A DNA stretch of 64,000 nt from Epiperipatus broadwayi (lineage: Eukaryota > Animalia > Onychophora), in contig JAQFVV010000009.1 of assembly GCA_028023455.1 (NCBI GenBank), positions 3,782,001-3,846,000 on the forward strand, written 5' to 3'. Positions 1-11,029 of the stretch are shown piece by piece (positions within the stretch are counted from its first letter, which is position 1; each line of letters starts with the position of its first letter). The notes beneath the pieces are model-generated. The model saw only the letters and a list, made by a program, of their open reading frames with translations. It was not told the origin of the DNA and searched no databases. The position numbers and the translations under genes were made by a program.

Positions 1-2489
1 TCAACTGAATTTAAAGTATAATATAGTTTCACATTTTTATTTATTGTGCCAATACTAAAAAATTAAAAATGATAAAGATAAAAATAATTTTTATATTAAA
101 GGCTTTCATTTAAGAAAAAAAAGTTTCTTCAATCATAGTTGGGTTTCTAGATTTAATTTGAAATAATAACATAGGGGAGAGGATCTAGAAAATAATTAAG
201 TCAATCCCTATTTTTTCTAACAAGGAATTGACTAATTAATTTCTGGATATCTAAAAAACCCAATAGTAATTGAAGAAGTTTTTTTTTTTCTTTTTAGGGC
301 ATGGTAAATAAAAGCATTTAATATTTTAAAAAAAATTTAACACTATTATTTTTATTCAAATAATTAAATGCCATTGAGCAAAAATTCACACTCTATATAA
401 TTCTGCAAAGCAAAAGTAAAAAAACATGCAACATTCATCAAAGTTGTTTGCAATATTTGTTGAATTATTAAGTAACAAGGACAAAAACTTTCATATTTAT
501 ATATGTAATAGATAAAAAATAGCAATTCACAAATTTTTAACTGAGATAAGATGATGTATGAAAAAAAATTTACAGAAGATCTCCAAAGAGAATGTATATA
601 TACATAGCTAATGACTATCAAATCTATGGCTGCAGTGTCAGCATTAAAGGACTTAATAAAACACTACTTAATAAAGTCTCTAGTGATTCTGCCTCCTGAT
701 TAGAATCTCTACAACTTGTTTTATAATATTTTCTTAATAGTTAAATAATCTTTAAAAAAATCCATATATTAAATAAGTAAATAACTTAACATGAAAGAAA
801 AAAATTATATTCAAATATTAAAAGAAATTGTAGAAAAGAATAATAATTTGTCATCATGATTTAGACTTGTATAATAATCTACATAATTAGAAGACATCCA
901 TAAATGAACATGGCCATTCTACCTTCAATCACAAAAAGGCAAAGATAGCAAGACAAAAATAAAAATCAAGTACTGTATTAGAATTGAGTTTTACAATGAT
1001 TATACTGAATATAGGCAATCCATAAGACACAAATATATTCATATTAGCCCTATGCCTATTTTTTACTCTGATTGTCTTTTAATTTCTGTATTAAATGTTA
1101 TAAAAAAATTTCAACATGTTGTTTAATTTTAGTTCTACATTATGTTTAATCCACAAGCATACTTTATCAATGAAAGCAATCATCAGTAACACACTTCTTT
1201 AGACTGTCTTTGGACAATTTGTATACTTTTTTGACTCTTACAAAAACTATTATAAGATTGACAAAATGCTTTTTAGACAGTTTCTTACCATCCATTCTTT
1301 TCACATCACATATCCAATAATGTAATGCTAATAATATGTGATCTACATGCAGCGAGATGAAAAACATTCCAATTTATCATATTTTGATAATATTAAAAAG
1401 AAATCTTAAATAATAAGGAATGCCATCATATTACATCAATAAAAAGTCCAATCTCATATCCATACAATGAATTGGTCCACATACAATTAATTTAGTTTCA
1501 ATAGTCATGTCATTGTGATGAAATAATCTTTCTTTTAATTTATTTAATGCAGCATCAAGACATTAGAAGCTGTTTTTCTTTCACCATTTTATAGATCATC
1601 TTTGAATTGGCAAGTCTATGATTATTATCATCATATTGTAAAACTAGAAAAAATACAAAATTCTCATTCATCTGGTTTTTTTTAACCACTATTATTATTA
1701 TTCATAGTATATGAACTAATTTTAATGAATTAAATATTTATTTAAGTGATTTTCCATTAGGTTTTTATAATATTATTGTTCTGTCTAAGATGTGGATTTC
1801 TCAAGAGGAACCAAATTTATATAGCTTGAATGATTAAAAGAGTATTCTTGTTCAGCATTTGTATCCTCATTCTGGAGGTGTAATGGCTTGCTCAAAAACT
1901 GGTTTAAATTTTATTTACAATCTTCTAATCTTTATTACTGCTACATTTATAGTAATAATGTTTAATTTTTCTAATGGAGTTCTTCATTTATTCCAATTAA
2001 TTCCATTACATCTTTTATTTCTGAACTTGACAGTTTATTTTCTAATTTGCATTCATCTTTCACCATAATAATTGGCAATATGAGTATTGACTTATTAGTT
2101 GGGGATTATAATTCTACTTGTAGATAGAGATTTATTATATAGTTACAGTTTTAGTCAAGTAAAGTTTTTACCTATGTGTAACACCATCTTGTAAATCTCT
2201 GCTTGATTGTATTTTTATTAGACTTGATCAGCATTATAATTTTTAATCTGGTGTATCTGAATTAGCCATAACAATCAATTTGCAATTCTTTTGAATTTGT
2301 CTGTAGCTCAGTACCTACAGGTATGTTAATAAATTATTGCATGTTAAATAATTTATTATCCATTAAGAACTGGGATTGTATTTTTGGTTTGGATAATGTA
2401 GACAAGATCTTCTTACAAATTCAGAAATTTGTAGTTCTTTAATAAATAAAGCAACTTGTCATATTAAATTAAATAATAAAAATAGAAAA

Positions 2490-3717
2490 TATCCTTTGGT
2501 TAAAAAAATTAATTTGAGAAATAGTTTAAAACATTCTGCTAATTTGATTGTCTATAAGCAGTTAATAAGGAAATTAAACGATATTAAAATAGCAAAATCA
2601 AGTTATTACAGGGAACTTCTTTGTAATAAAAATATGTCACTGAAATGGAAAACTATTAAGTCTTTGATTAAAAATCCTCTAATTGAATAAATTATATTAA
2701 AGATAATGATAACATATTAGAAGTACATGACAATGAAAAGCATGTGGCTGATCATTTTAATAACATAGAGCCATCTATTAACAATTTGACTCTCTAAATT
2801 TATTTCAGTTTTTTTCTTTTACTCGGGTGTTTCTGATATTTACTTATCATGTTTAATTGACAGTTTAAAAAGTGTTTGCTCTTCTTACTTAGATAAATTA
2901 ACCCCACAAATTTTTAAAGATAATAAGTTAGCTTTTATATCTATTTTAGTTTAATTATTTAATCTTTCCTTAATTGCTAGTGTATTTCCTGAATGTTTAA
3001 AAGTTGATGTTATTACATCTATTCTTAAAAAAGGTGATCCATCAATTATTATCAATTATAGACTATCAATCATTTCTGTTATTGCTAAGTTATTTGAGAC
3101 AATAGTTAAGGATAAGATAATGCCATTCTTAAATATACATAAAGTGATTTCTAAACACCAGTTTGGTTTAGTTACTGAACATAGTACTTTGGATACTTTG
3201 TATTATTATGTATATAATTTAACATCATCATTGGATAAGAGATTAAAGACAGCAGCTGTTTATTTGAATTTATCCAAAACATTTAATTGTATTAATCATT
3301 CAGCTTTTTTATATTGATTGAGTTCATATGGTTTTGAGGTCATTTTGCTTCTTGATTAATAAGCTATTTAAGACAAAAAACAGGCTATTAAAATATGTGC
3401 TGTTATTAATTATTTTAGATTTGTTAATCACAGGATTCCACGGGGGTCTATATTTGGACCTATATTATTTTTAATATATATAAATTACATTTTTAGTTTA
3501 CCTTTGAATTCAATAATTTATCTTTTTGCTGATAATTTCTCTGTCTTGTGATGCTGCTTCATATAGTATTCTTAAACAAATGATTAATAAAGATCTGACA
3601 TTAATAAGTAACTGCAATAAAATGAGGGATATTCTGTTTTTTTATGAATGCTCTCTACATTCACTTAATATCAGTATTTGTAGTCAATATAAAGTTCATT
3701 CCAATAATAATTGTATT
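2490..3717 (+). mobile_element. Degraded non-LTR retrotransposon RT (CR1/L2-like), 5' part
   Basis: With stops and frameshifts it reads KKGDPSIIINYRLSIISVIAKLFETIVKDKIMPFL...ISKHQFG, then YLNLSKTFNCINH (DLSKAFD motif), then IPRGSIFGPILFLIYINY...IYLFADN (GVPQGS and FADD motifs). Confidence 0.85.
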
Positions 3718-4160
3718 TCACATGATCACCAATTCCTATGCTTACACAAGCTGTTTAAACAGTAGCAAACTATCCACACCTTAGTGTCATCCAGCATAAG
3801 TCCTAGTAATCAATACATGCAAGGTCTGTGCATAAAATCCATATCTAGTGCTACTCACCAAATATCCCTAGATTAGTTTTATACCAATCATGCCCATAAA
3901 ATATTATGGTGACTATAGTTTTTAAAAATGAATGTCACCAAAATGTATAGATTCTGAACTGGGTTCAGATTTATATGACTATAAAAGTGAAAGAGCTTGG
4001 TTTTGGTCTTATAGCTTTATAAGTAACTAAATAGGTAATGGGCCATTTCTGGAAGGTTGCATTGGATCCTAAGATCTATGTGTAATGCTCTCAGATTCAA
4101 GTCTCCTCATTGATGAAATCCACAAGCTAGAAACTAGTCTGGGGACTGTAGGGACAGTTT
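3718..4160. mobile_element. Family-2 hammerhead element inserted in the LINE: inverted 3' segment (3718-~3890) plus sense hammerhead segment (~4060-4160)
   Basis: 3718-3860 is the reverse complement of the 3' region seen at 18440-18510, 30850-30950 and 50823-50894. 4060-4150 matches 18337-18430. LINE protein similarity resumes after ~4170. Confidence 0.75.
4096..4147 (+). ncRNA. Degenerate type I hammerhead, family 2
   Basis: CCTCA-TTGATGA-AATCCACAAGCTA-GAAA-CTAG-TC/TGGGG. Stem I and palindromic stem III (ACTAGT) are present; stem II is decayed; C3 is T. Confidence 0.6.
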
Positions 4161-4169
4161 GTTACTGTT

Positions 4170-4640
4170 TAATATTTGTACTTGTGGTAATATCATTTTT
4201 TGTTAATATCTATTTTATTTTAGATGTTTTTGTTGATTCAAAGTTATCTTGGTCAAGCTATATTAGTTATTTATGTCTCAGTTGTGCAAAATTAATTACT
4301 TATTTTATTATTCATTAAAATTTTTGCTTAGATTTACTTTGGTACTATTTATTTTGCCTGATATCAAAGTATTTTGTGTTATAATATCTCCATTTGGAGT
4401 GGTTATACTGATTACTCACTATCCTCATTAGGTATTTTACAAAATTATACCACGTGTATTATTTTTGGTAGACATGGGTTAATCTCTCTGCTGATATCTA
4501 TATTAATTCTCATGTGTGGTCTAATTTTAAACTATATAAGTATAGAATTATTTTTGATATATATTGTTGCTATTCCTTATTGTATTGTAAAGTGTCATTT
4601 GTAAATGCCAGCTTTGCTAAGAATTTTTAATTGACATTGC
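4170..4640 (+). mobile_element. Continuation of the same LINE RT (C-terminal region)
   Basis: DVFVDSKLSWSSYISYLC and YQSILCYNISIWSG resemble the LINE motifs GVxIDxKLSWxxHI and YxxLxYGIxxWG. Confidence 0.7.
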
Positions 4641-5074
4641 CACATTTTTATTTAGAAAGTAATCAACGCCAATTTAGGTATAATGTTTTCAGACTGTTTA
4701 ATTCTTTGTTACTGACTACTCAATAGATGGTGACCATTTATCTTTTTATATTTTCAAAAAATGTTTAAAATTTTGGTATTGTATTATCTGTAATCATATT
4801 ATAATTAATATTTGTATTTATTGTATTTGATTAATGTGTAAATATTTGTGTGTTTGAGTAATTTTTATATCTATTCCCTATATTTTTTATTTATTTTTTG
4901 TATCAATCTTTGTAATTTTTTTGTTTTGTTTAGATGTTTAATGTATATACTTATTATATGTATTATAATTAATATAATATATAGTGTATATGAGCACAGA
5001 CTTTCACACAACCCACCACTCTCCACTCTATCTAATAACACTGATACACTTAAACACATATATGTTGAAAAGAT

Positions 5075-5135
5075 AGATAATCACCAATATACATATTTCA
5101 TGCTAAACCAGCAATCATCAGTTGGTCCAGACTAT
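5075..5135 (-). ncRNA. Type I hammerhead ribozyme, family 1, copy A (core intact)
   Basis: Minus strand: GATAGTC-TGG-ACCAA-CTGATGA-TTGCTGGTTTAGCAT-GAAA-TATGTA-TA/TTGGT-GATTATC. ACCAA pairs TTGGT; GATAGTC pairs GATTATC; stem II closes with U-U. Confidence 0.85.
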
Positions 5136-5490
5136 CATCTCCACACATATATACTATAAGTGCTCAGATATATATTAAGATAGACAATCTCCTTATTTTA
5201 ATGGACAGGCTTCAATCTACTCCACACTCCAACTCTTCAACTGTCCATCCAATTGAAAATCAAATGGATTATGTCCTGTACATGTGAGGTTCAGATTTAC
5301 CTTAGGTCAACATGGATGCGACAATAATCTCGGCCTCAGGGTGGCCTTTGAGCATTCCATCATCAGATTTTCAATTGTATGGACGGTTGAAGAGTTGAGG
5401 TGTGGAGTAGATTGAAGCCTGTCCATTAAAGTAAGAAGATTGTCTATCTTAATATATATCTGAGCACTTATAGTATATATGTGTGGAGAT

Positions 5491-5551
5491 GATAGTCTGG
5501 ACCAACTTATGATTGCTGGTTTAGCATGAAATACGTATATTGGTGATTATC
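5491..5551 (+). ncRNA. Type I hammerhead, family 1, copy B (core G5 mutated to T)
   Basis: ACCAA-CTTATGA-TTGCTGGTTTAGCAT-GAAA-TACGTA-TA/TTGGT. Stem III is the perfect palindrome ATACGTAT. Predicted cut after 5539. Confidence 0.8.
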
Positions 5552-5785
5552 TATCTTTTCAACATATATATGTTTAAGTTTATCAGTGTTATTAGATAGA
5601 GTGGAGAGTGGTGGGTCGCGTGAAAGTCTGTGCTCATATACCCTATATATTATATATATAGACACAGGTTATATAATAAGCCTGTGTTTCAGTTATAATT
5701 ATTATAATGATTTATGAATAACTCCTCGAACTGCTTGTTTGGTGTTTTAGCTCTTATATATGTGTATGTAAAGTGTTTTTAATAG

Positions 5786-5806
5786 AATAAATAAATAAAT
5801 AAATAA
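5786..5806 (+). repeat. (AATA)n tract, possibly the 3' tail of the CR1/L2-like LINE
   Basis: About five AATA units lying downstream of the LINE, after the family-1 insertion. Confidence 0.4.
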
Positions 5807-6029
5807 AGGAATATAATTATAAAATTATACGCTTTAACTCAAATTACTGTAATTATAAATATATGATAACTGTATTGAAAAAAGCTTTCTTACAATTTGT
5901 TTTATTTTATATGCTTATTCGAGTTTTGACTCCTGTGAGTCATAGACGAACAGAAATTGGGAGTCGGTGTATATATGTGGTTATTGCTCATTTATATAAA
6001 ATTTAAATATGATCTTTAATTAAGGTAAA

Positions 6030-6650
6030 CAGGCCATCTTTTTGAGAGGAGCACACAGGATTCTTTTCTACTGATGGAATTTTTGTCACTTGACATGTGA
6101 CATACCTTTTTAATTTTTCACTGAAAGTCATTGCATTCAATGCACACTATATCAATAGATGTGGCATGAAAAAATGACCAGTTACAGAAAAATATTTAAA
6201 AAATATTGAGTGTGTATCTTTATTAACTCTAGCCTTATTACATAGCTATGTGTGTTGGGTTGTATGCATAAATAGGCCCCAAATTCCCTGCAGTAAACTG
6301 ATGGATAGATGCATCCCTGGCATTTAATTCTATAAATGACTTGAAAATGGAGATCAGTTGGTAATGTATCATTTGCATTGTTGAGTAGCCAATGCAGTGG
6401 TGGTGCAGTACTTAGAGAAATCTGGTGAATAGGGGTAATAATGTTAGTAATGCAATTGGTTATGTTAGGTATACAGGGGAGGAACATCCAAGTTTGAGGT
6501 CATTTGGGTTTGGAGATGTCATAGTTTCTGATAAAAGTTTCTAATGGTTTTTAGAAGTACATAATCTTTTTAACTGACATTACATAGTTCAGATATATAC
6601 TTGTTAATATTATCATTCCTGTCTGCTTCAAACTTAACACAAGTAAAGAT
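6030..6650 (-). pseudogene. Antisense-arm copy of the PLE linker and GIY-YIG relic
   Basis: ORF 6182..6487 contains LPCIPNIT...NNANDTLPTDLHFQVIYRIKCQGC, matching the right arm. Confidence 0.8.
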
Positions 6651-6674
6651 TGGTGCAATTGTCCCATATTAAAC

Positions 6675-7362
6675 TACAAGATGATTATTAAACCAATACA
6701 AATATAGGGTTTTATCCACATTGATTCTCTAACACAGCATTCACACAAACTTGCAGGGCTTAAAGCCTTCCTATATCACAATCTTTACTTGGGTAAGTTT
6801 GAAACAGACAGGAAAGACAATATTAACAAGTATATAGTTGAACTGCATGACATTGGTTATAAAAATTATGTACTTATAAAAACCATTAAAAACTTTTATC
6901 AGAAAGTATGACATCTCCTACTCCCCATTGACCCCAAACCCTGGATATCCCTCCCTTATATACCTAACATAACCCATCACATCATTAACACTCTACCAAT
7001 CAGATCGTATGTACCACACCCCGACTGCATCAGTTATTCAACAATGCAAATGATATCTTACTAACTGATCTCCACTCTCAAATTTATTTATAAAATTAAA
7101 TGCCAGGAACCCATCTTCCCATTAGTTTATTATGGGAAATCTTGTGCTAACCTATTTACATGTATAGCCCAACATCCATACCTATGTAATAAGGCTAGAA
7201 CTAATACAGATACACATTCAATATTTTTTAAACATTTTTCTGCAACTGGTCATCCTTTCACACATCATCTTTGACATAGTATTCACTGAATGTAATGACT
7301 TCAAGTAAAAAATTAAAGAGGTATGGCACATATCAAGTGACAAAAATTCCATCAATAGAAAA
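6675..7362 (+). pseudogene. PLE RT thumb, linker and GIY-YIG endonuclease relic (sense arm)
   Basis: KPIQI*GFIHIDSLTQHSHKLAGLKAFLYHNL...ELHDIGY; WISLPYIPNIT; FIYKIKCQEPIFPLVYYGKSCANLFTCIAQH...SIFFKHFSATGH (from 7083); KIKEVWHISSDKNSINRK. Confidence 0.85.
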
Positions 7363-8256
7363 GTGTCATAAATGCTCCTCTCAAAAACATTTCCTTAATT
7401 AAAGTCATAGTTAAAGTTTATGTAAATGAGCAATAACAACATAACTACACCTACTCCTAATTTACAACTTATGCTACATCTATGACTCATAGGAGTAGAA
7501 AGTGGCCAAGCACATAAAATAAAACAAATTGTAAGAAAGCCTTTTGTCAATTCGATTATTGTATATTTAAATAAATAAATTATATGAATTGATTTAACTT
7601 AAAAACTCCATCCTCAAATCTGAGCTCTGTCTTGATGCCATATCATAGACATGTATATAAATTATTCCAAAGACAATTGTTATAAAAATAAAAATAAAAT
7701 TCAAGCTAGCACATATACTCTTGTTAAACACCCCTTTTTTTTTTATTTCAAATGATTTAGATTTTTCGTCAACAGTAAAAAAAAAACAAAAACAATTTCA
7801 TTCATTCCAGCATAAAGACCATTCACCTAATTCAAAAGTGTTCTCAATCAACTGATTAAACAATTCTCACAAACCTTTCACATATTAATATACAGTATCT
7901 ATATATACGTTAACATTAAACACTATCATTTTTAAATAGTAAATAATACGCATTGCCAACTCAGCATTTAGTAATACCGTAATAAGAAATTAATATATAT
8001 ATATATACACACACACACAAAAACTACGTAAAATATTGCAAATTTAAATTAAATAATTAATATATCGCAGAAAAAAAGCTTTATAATTTTTACATGGTAG
8101 ACTATTTATAAAAGTTAAGGAATACCTTTATTCAGTCAGAAAAATTTGCTTTTAAAAAAATATTTTCTATTTATTTATTAGTAAATGTTTTTATAAAATT
8201 CTGAATGACTATGAAACTTGCTACTATAATTTAATATGTATTAATAAATTTATATA

Positions 8257-8615
8257 CCCATATTACTTCAAATATAAGACACTCTCGAATTTAAGACACA
8301 ATAGAATTTTAAGCTCCGAAAATTGAAAAATAAAAATAAAAATGATTTTATTGTAAAATAAGAAATATTTTATTTACTTACATAACTAATATAAATACAA
8401 TAAGTTTGCCTAATTTATTGTGAATCTTCTTCAGTCATACATTTACTTTTTACATCTCCACTTTCAGAACTTGAATTCTCACCTTTGCTATTCTACCAAA
8501 ATACATGATCTTTAGGTCATTTAAATCTGTAGCAATGCAATATTTTAATAAAAATTCTTTTGATAATGTTTTCATGTATATCTTTCCAAGACTGCAAAAC
8601 CCATTCAAAATTATA
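8257..8615 (-). mobile_element. pogo-like (Tc1/mariner superfamily) DNA transposon, 3' end relic
   Basis: TA|CCCATATTACTTCAAATATAAGAC...AATTTAAGACAC resembles a CpG-decayed pogo TIR. The minus strand reads EWVLQSWKDIHENII...CIATDL..KDHVFW plus an acidic tail, like the pogo transposase C-terminus. Confidence 0.65.
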
Positions 8616-9012
8616 CTTATATTATTTGCATTACTTTAGTGTAAATACCAAAAGGGTTTTTTTTTTTCAAAGAAAAAGTTTTAATATATGGTATTGCTAT
8701 TTAATGTCATCGGTAAATCTTTTTTTCTTTTGATTAAAAGCCTTTTCCAAAATGCAAATTAATAATTTGTCAGATTATTAAAGAAAATAAAAGTTTTTTA
8801 AAATGAATTTCTCTTTATAATTGACAAAAATAATCTATAGTGGTGAACATAAAATGCACTTCCATCATCTAATTACAAATTGCAGCTTATGTCATTGATT
8901 TCTTTCTCAATGTAAAATTAATTTTTTCTATTAAAATCTAAATCATTCTTCTAAAATAATTTATATTTCTACAAATATTTTCTGGAAAAAATTATAAATG
9001 TATAAAAAAAAA

Positions 9013-9464
9013 TTCTAAAATATGTTTCATTTTGAATTCAAAGTGAAGATATCAGAATTGTGAAAATCATTGACAGACACCCTCCTTTATAGAGAACAAG
9101 AAACAAACAATCAGAGTGAAGGCTGGTTCTTATCTCATTGTTGTATTGATTTATTAGAAGTAAAAAAAGTCTAAAGATTATTTAGTACAGTTTTCTCAAT
9201 AAAATAATAGTAAAATTGGATAAATAATATTAAATGATTCTAAAACATAACATTTTCACTTTGAAATCAAAATCAAGATATCAGAACTGTCAAAATCTTT
9301 GATAGGCACTTTATTATGTAAAGAACAAGAAAGAACCAATCAGAGTAAAGGCAGATCCTTATCTCATTTTTATATTGATTTATTTGTTGTAAAAAAAATT
9401 CTAAGAATTATTCAGTACAGTTTTCTCAATAAATTAATGGTAAAATCAGCAAAATAATATTAAA
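9013..9464. repeat. Diverged tandem duplication, two units of ~229 bp
   Basis: AAGATATCAGAA at 9046 and 9275. CAATCAGAGT, CTTATCTCATT and AGTACAGTTTTCTCAATAAA also repeat at a similar offset. Confidence 0.9.
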
Positions 9465-10865
9465 AGTAACAGTTTGAAAAAAAAATAAAGCTGTTTACAA
9501 ATTATCCAAAAAATATTGACATTTAATGTTACATCTTTTTTTCTTATGACTAAAAAAGATTTAACACACTATTTTATATAGGTAATTATTGATATGCAGA
9601 ACTAAAATGCTAAAAATTTTTGTTCCCAATTTAAGATTCACCCTCTTTTACAGGTCCAAAACTTGGAAAAAAAGTCTGCTTACATTTGAAGCAATACAAC
9701 ATTGATTGTATTTAAATTATTTAAAAACTATGATCAAGTATTTTTTTCTTTATCTAATAGATTTAAATAAATTGTGCTTTTGCAGATGTATAATAAATAT
9801 AATAACTAAATCAAATCTAAATAATTATTACTTAAATTGTTTTGAAATAATGTTTGATTTAAATATATTGAGTATATATTATTAATTGCTACTATCATAT
9901 TATATGTTTTTTTTAAAAAATAACACATGTAAGATTTATAAATTTGTTTTTAATATGATTATTTTTTTCATCATTTTTAAATATATTGTTAAGTAAAGTA
10001 GAAAAAAATTCTGAGAAAGATTGTTAAACACTTGAAACTGTTAGCTAGATTAGAGAATTTAATAAAGTTATTGCAATGTATTAAAGGTTTTAAGAAATGT
10101 TAATAAAATGTTATTGTTGTTTCTATTAAATATTACTATTCAAAGAATATGCCTTTTAAAACATCACAACAACAAAGGTTTATGATTGTTTACAAATTAA
10201 TATAAGTTAATTGGAGAATTTGCTTCTGGTATAAAAATTTGAGAACTGCTTTTTGTGTGTGCATTTGAATTGAATTTAAAATTTTATGATGTATTTATTA
10301 ACAATTATAGTAAAAATTATATCACTGATTTATTTATTCAAATTTACAGAAAAGAAATTGCATTCAAAAATGAGCAAAAAAATTTATTCAAATAATATTT
10401 TATTTTAACAGTACATATTATTCATTTTTATTTTTTTGTTAAAATTGTATTAATCTATAAAAGATTTTGGTTGTTCAATAATGTTTTCAACATCTTTGGA
10501 GAAGATTGTTAAACAATCAAAATGTCAGGTAAATTAATAAAATTTAAAGATTATAAAAAAAATGCAAAAGAAATTGATTTACTTAAATATAAACCACACT
10601 GCTCAAGATGGTCGACCATACTAAATGTAATATTTTAGAATAGTGAGTTTTAAACTTTTATGGATTTTTATTAAATATTTAAACTTGAATATATTCTTTT
10701 CTAAATGTGAGAGAGAAAAAAAAATCCTATTTCTTAGAAATCTTGTTTTGCAGTCAAAATAAGCAAAAATAATTACATAAAAGATCCTAGCAATGATATT
10801 AATATTGACTTAGATGTGATACAATATTTTAAAACAAAAATAATCAGGCAAAACTGTCTATTCAT

Positions 10866-11029
<164 letters not shown>

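Larger units (their letters stand above)
4985..5690. mobile_element. Family-1 fold-back element; inverted arms of ~280 bp (about 4985-5262 and 5372-5650), each with a hammerhead
   Basis: The arms are near-exact reverse complements by eye. The spacer 5265-5372 matches 24870-24990, so it is extra 5' sequence of the sense arm. Confidence 0.9.
5856..7569. mobile_element. Penelope-like retroelement 3' half as a large inverted duplication (arms 5856-6655 and 6777-7569)
   Basis: The arms are diverged reverse complements over ~800 bp. The spacer and right arm encode PLE RT-thumb, linker and GIY-YIG remnants. Confidence 0.9.

Noticed and set aside
880-2300. Possible Gypsy internal relic on the minus strand (YGLP...QF integrase-like; DH motif)
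   Set aside because: Only scattered 3-5-residue matches with many frameshifts; needs a translated search.
4848-5159. 103-aa ORF and the other short hydrophobic ORFs in the track
   Set aside because: AT-rich codon bias (F, I, L, Y, N, K), no recognisable domains, and many overlap repeats.
5372-5460. GIY-YIG C-terminal remnant (SLSIK-like) upstream of the family-1 hammerhead
   Set aside because: Both copies have a stop at the key position and the similarity is too weak.
4985-5690. Classifying the fold-backs as Tc1/mariner MITEs
   Set aside because: Arm lengths vary between copies, one-armed copies are common, the spacer is family sequence, and the arms hold hammerheads.
10250-10630. hAT transposase-like CAFELNL and RWST words
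   Set aside because: Poor motif fit and wrong spacing.
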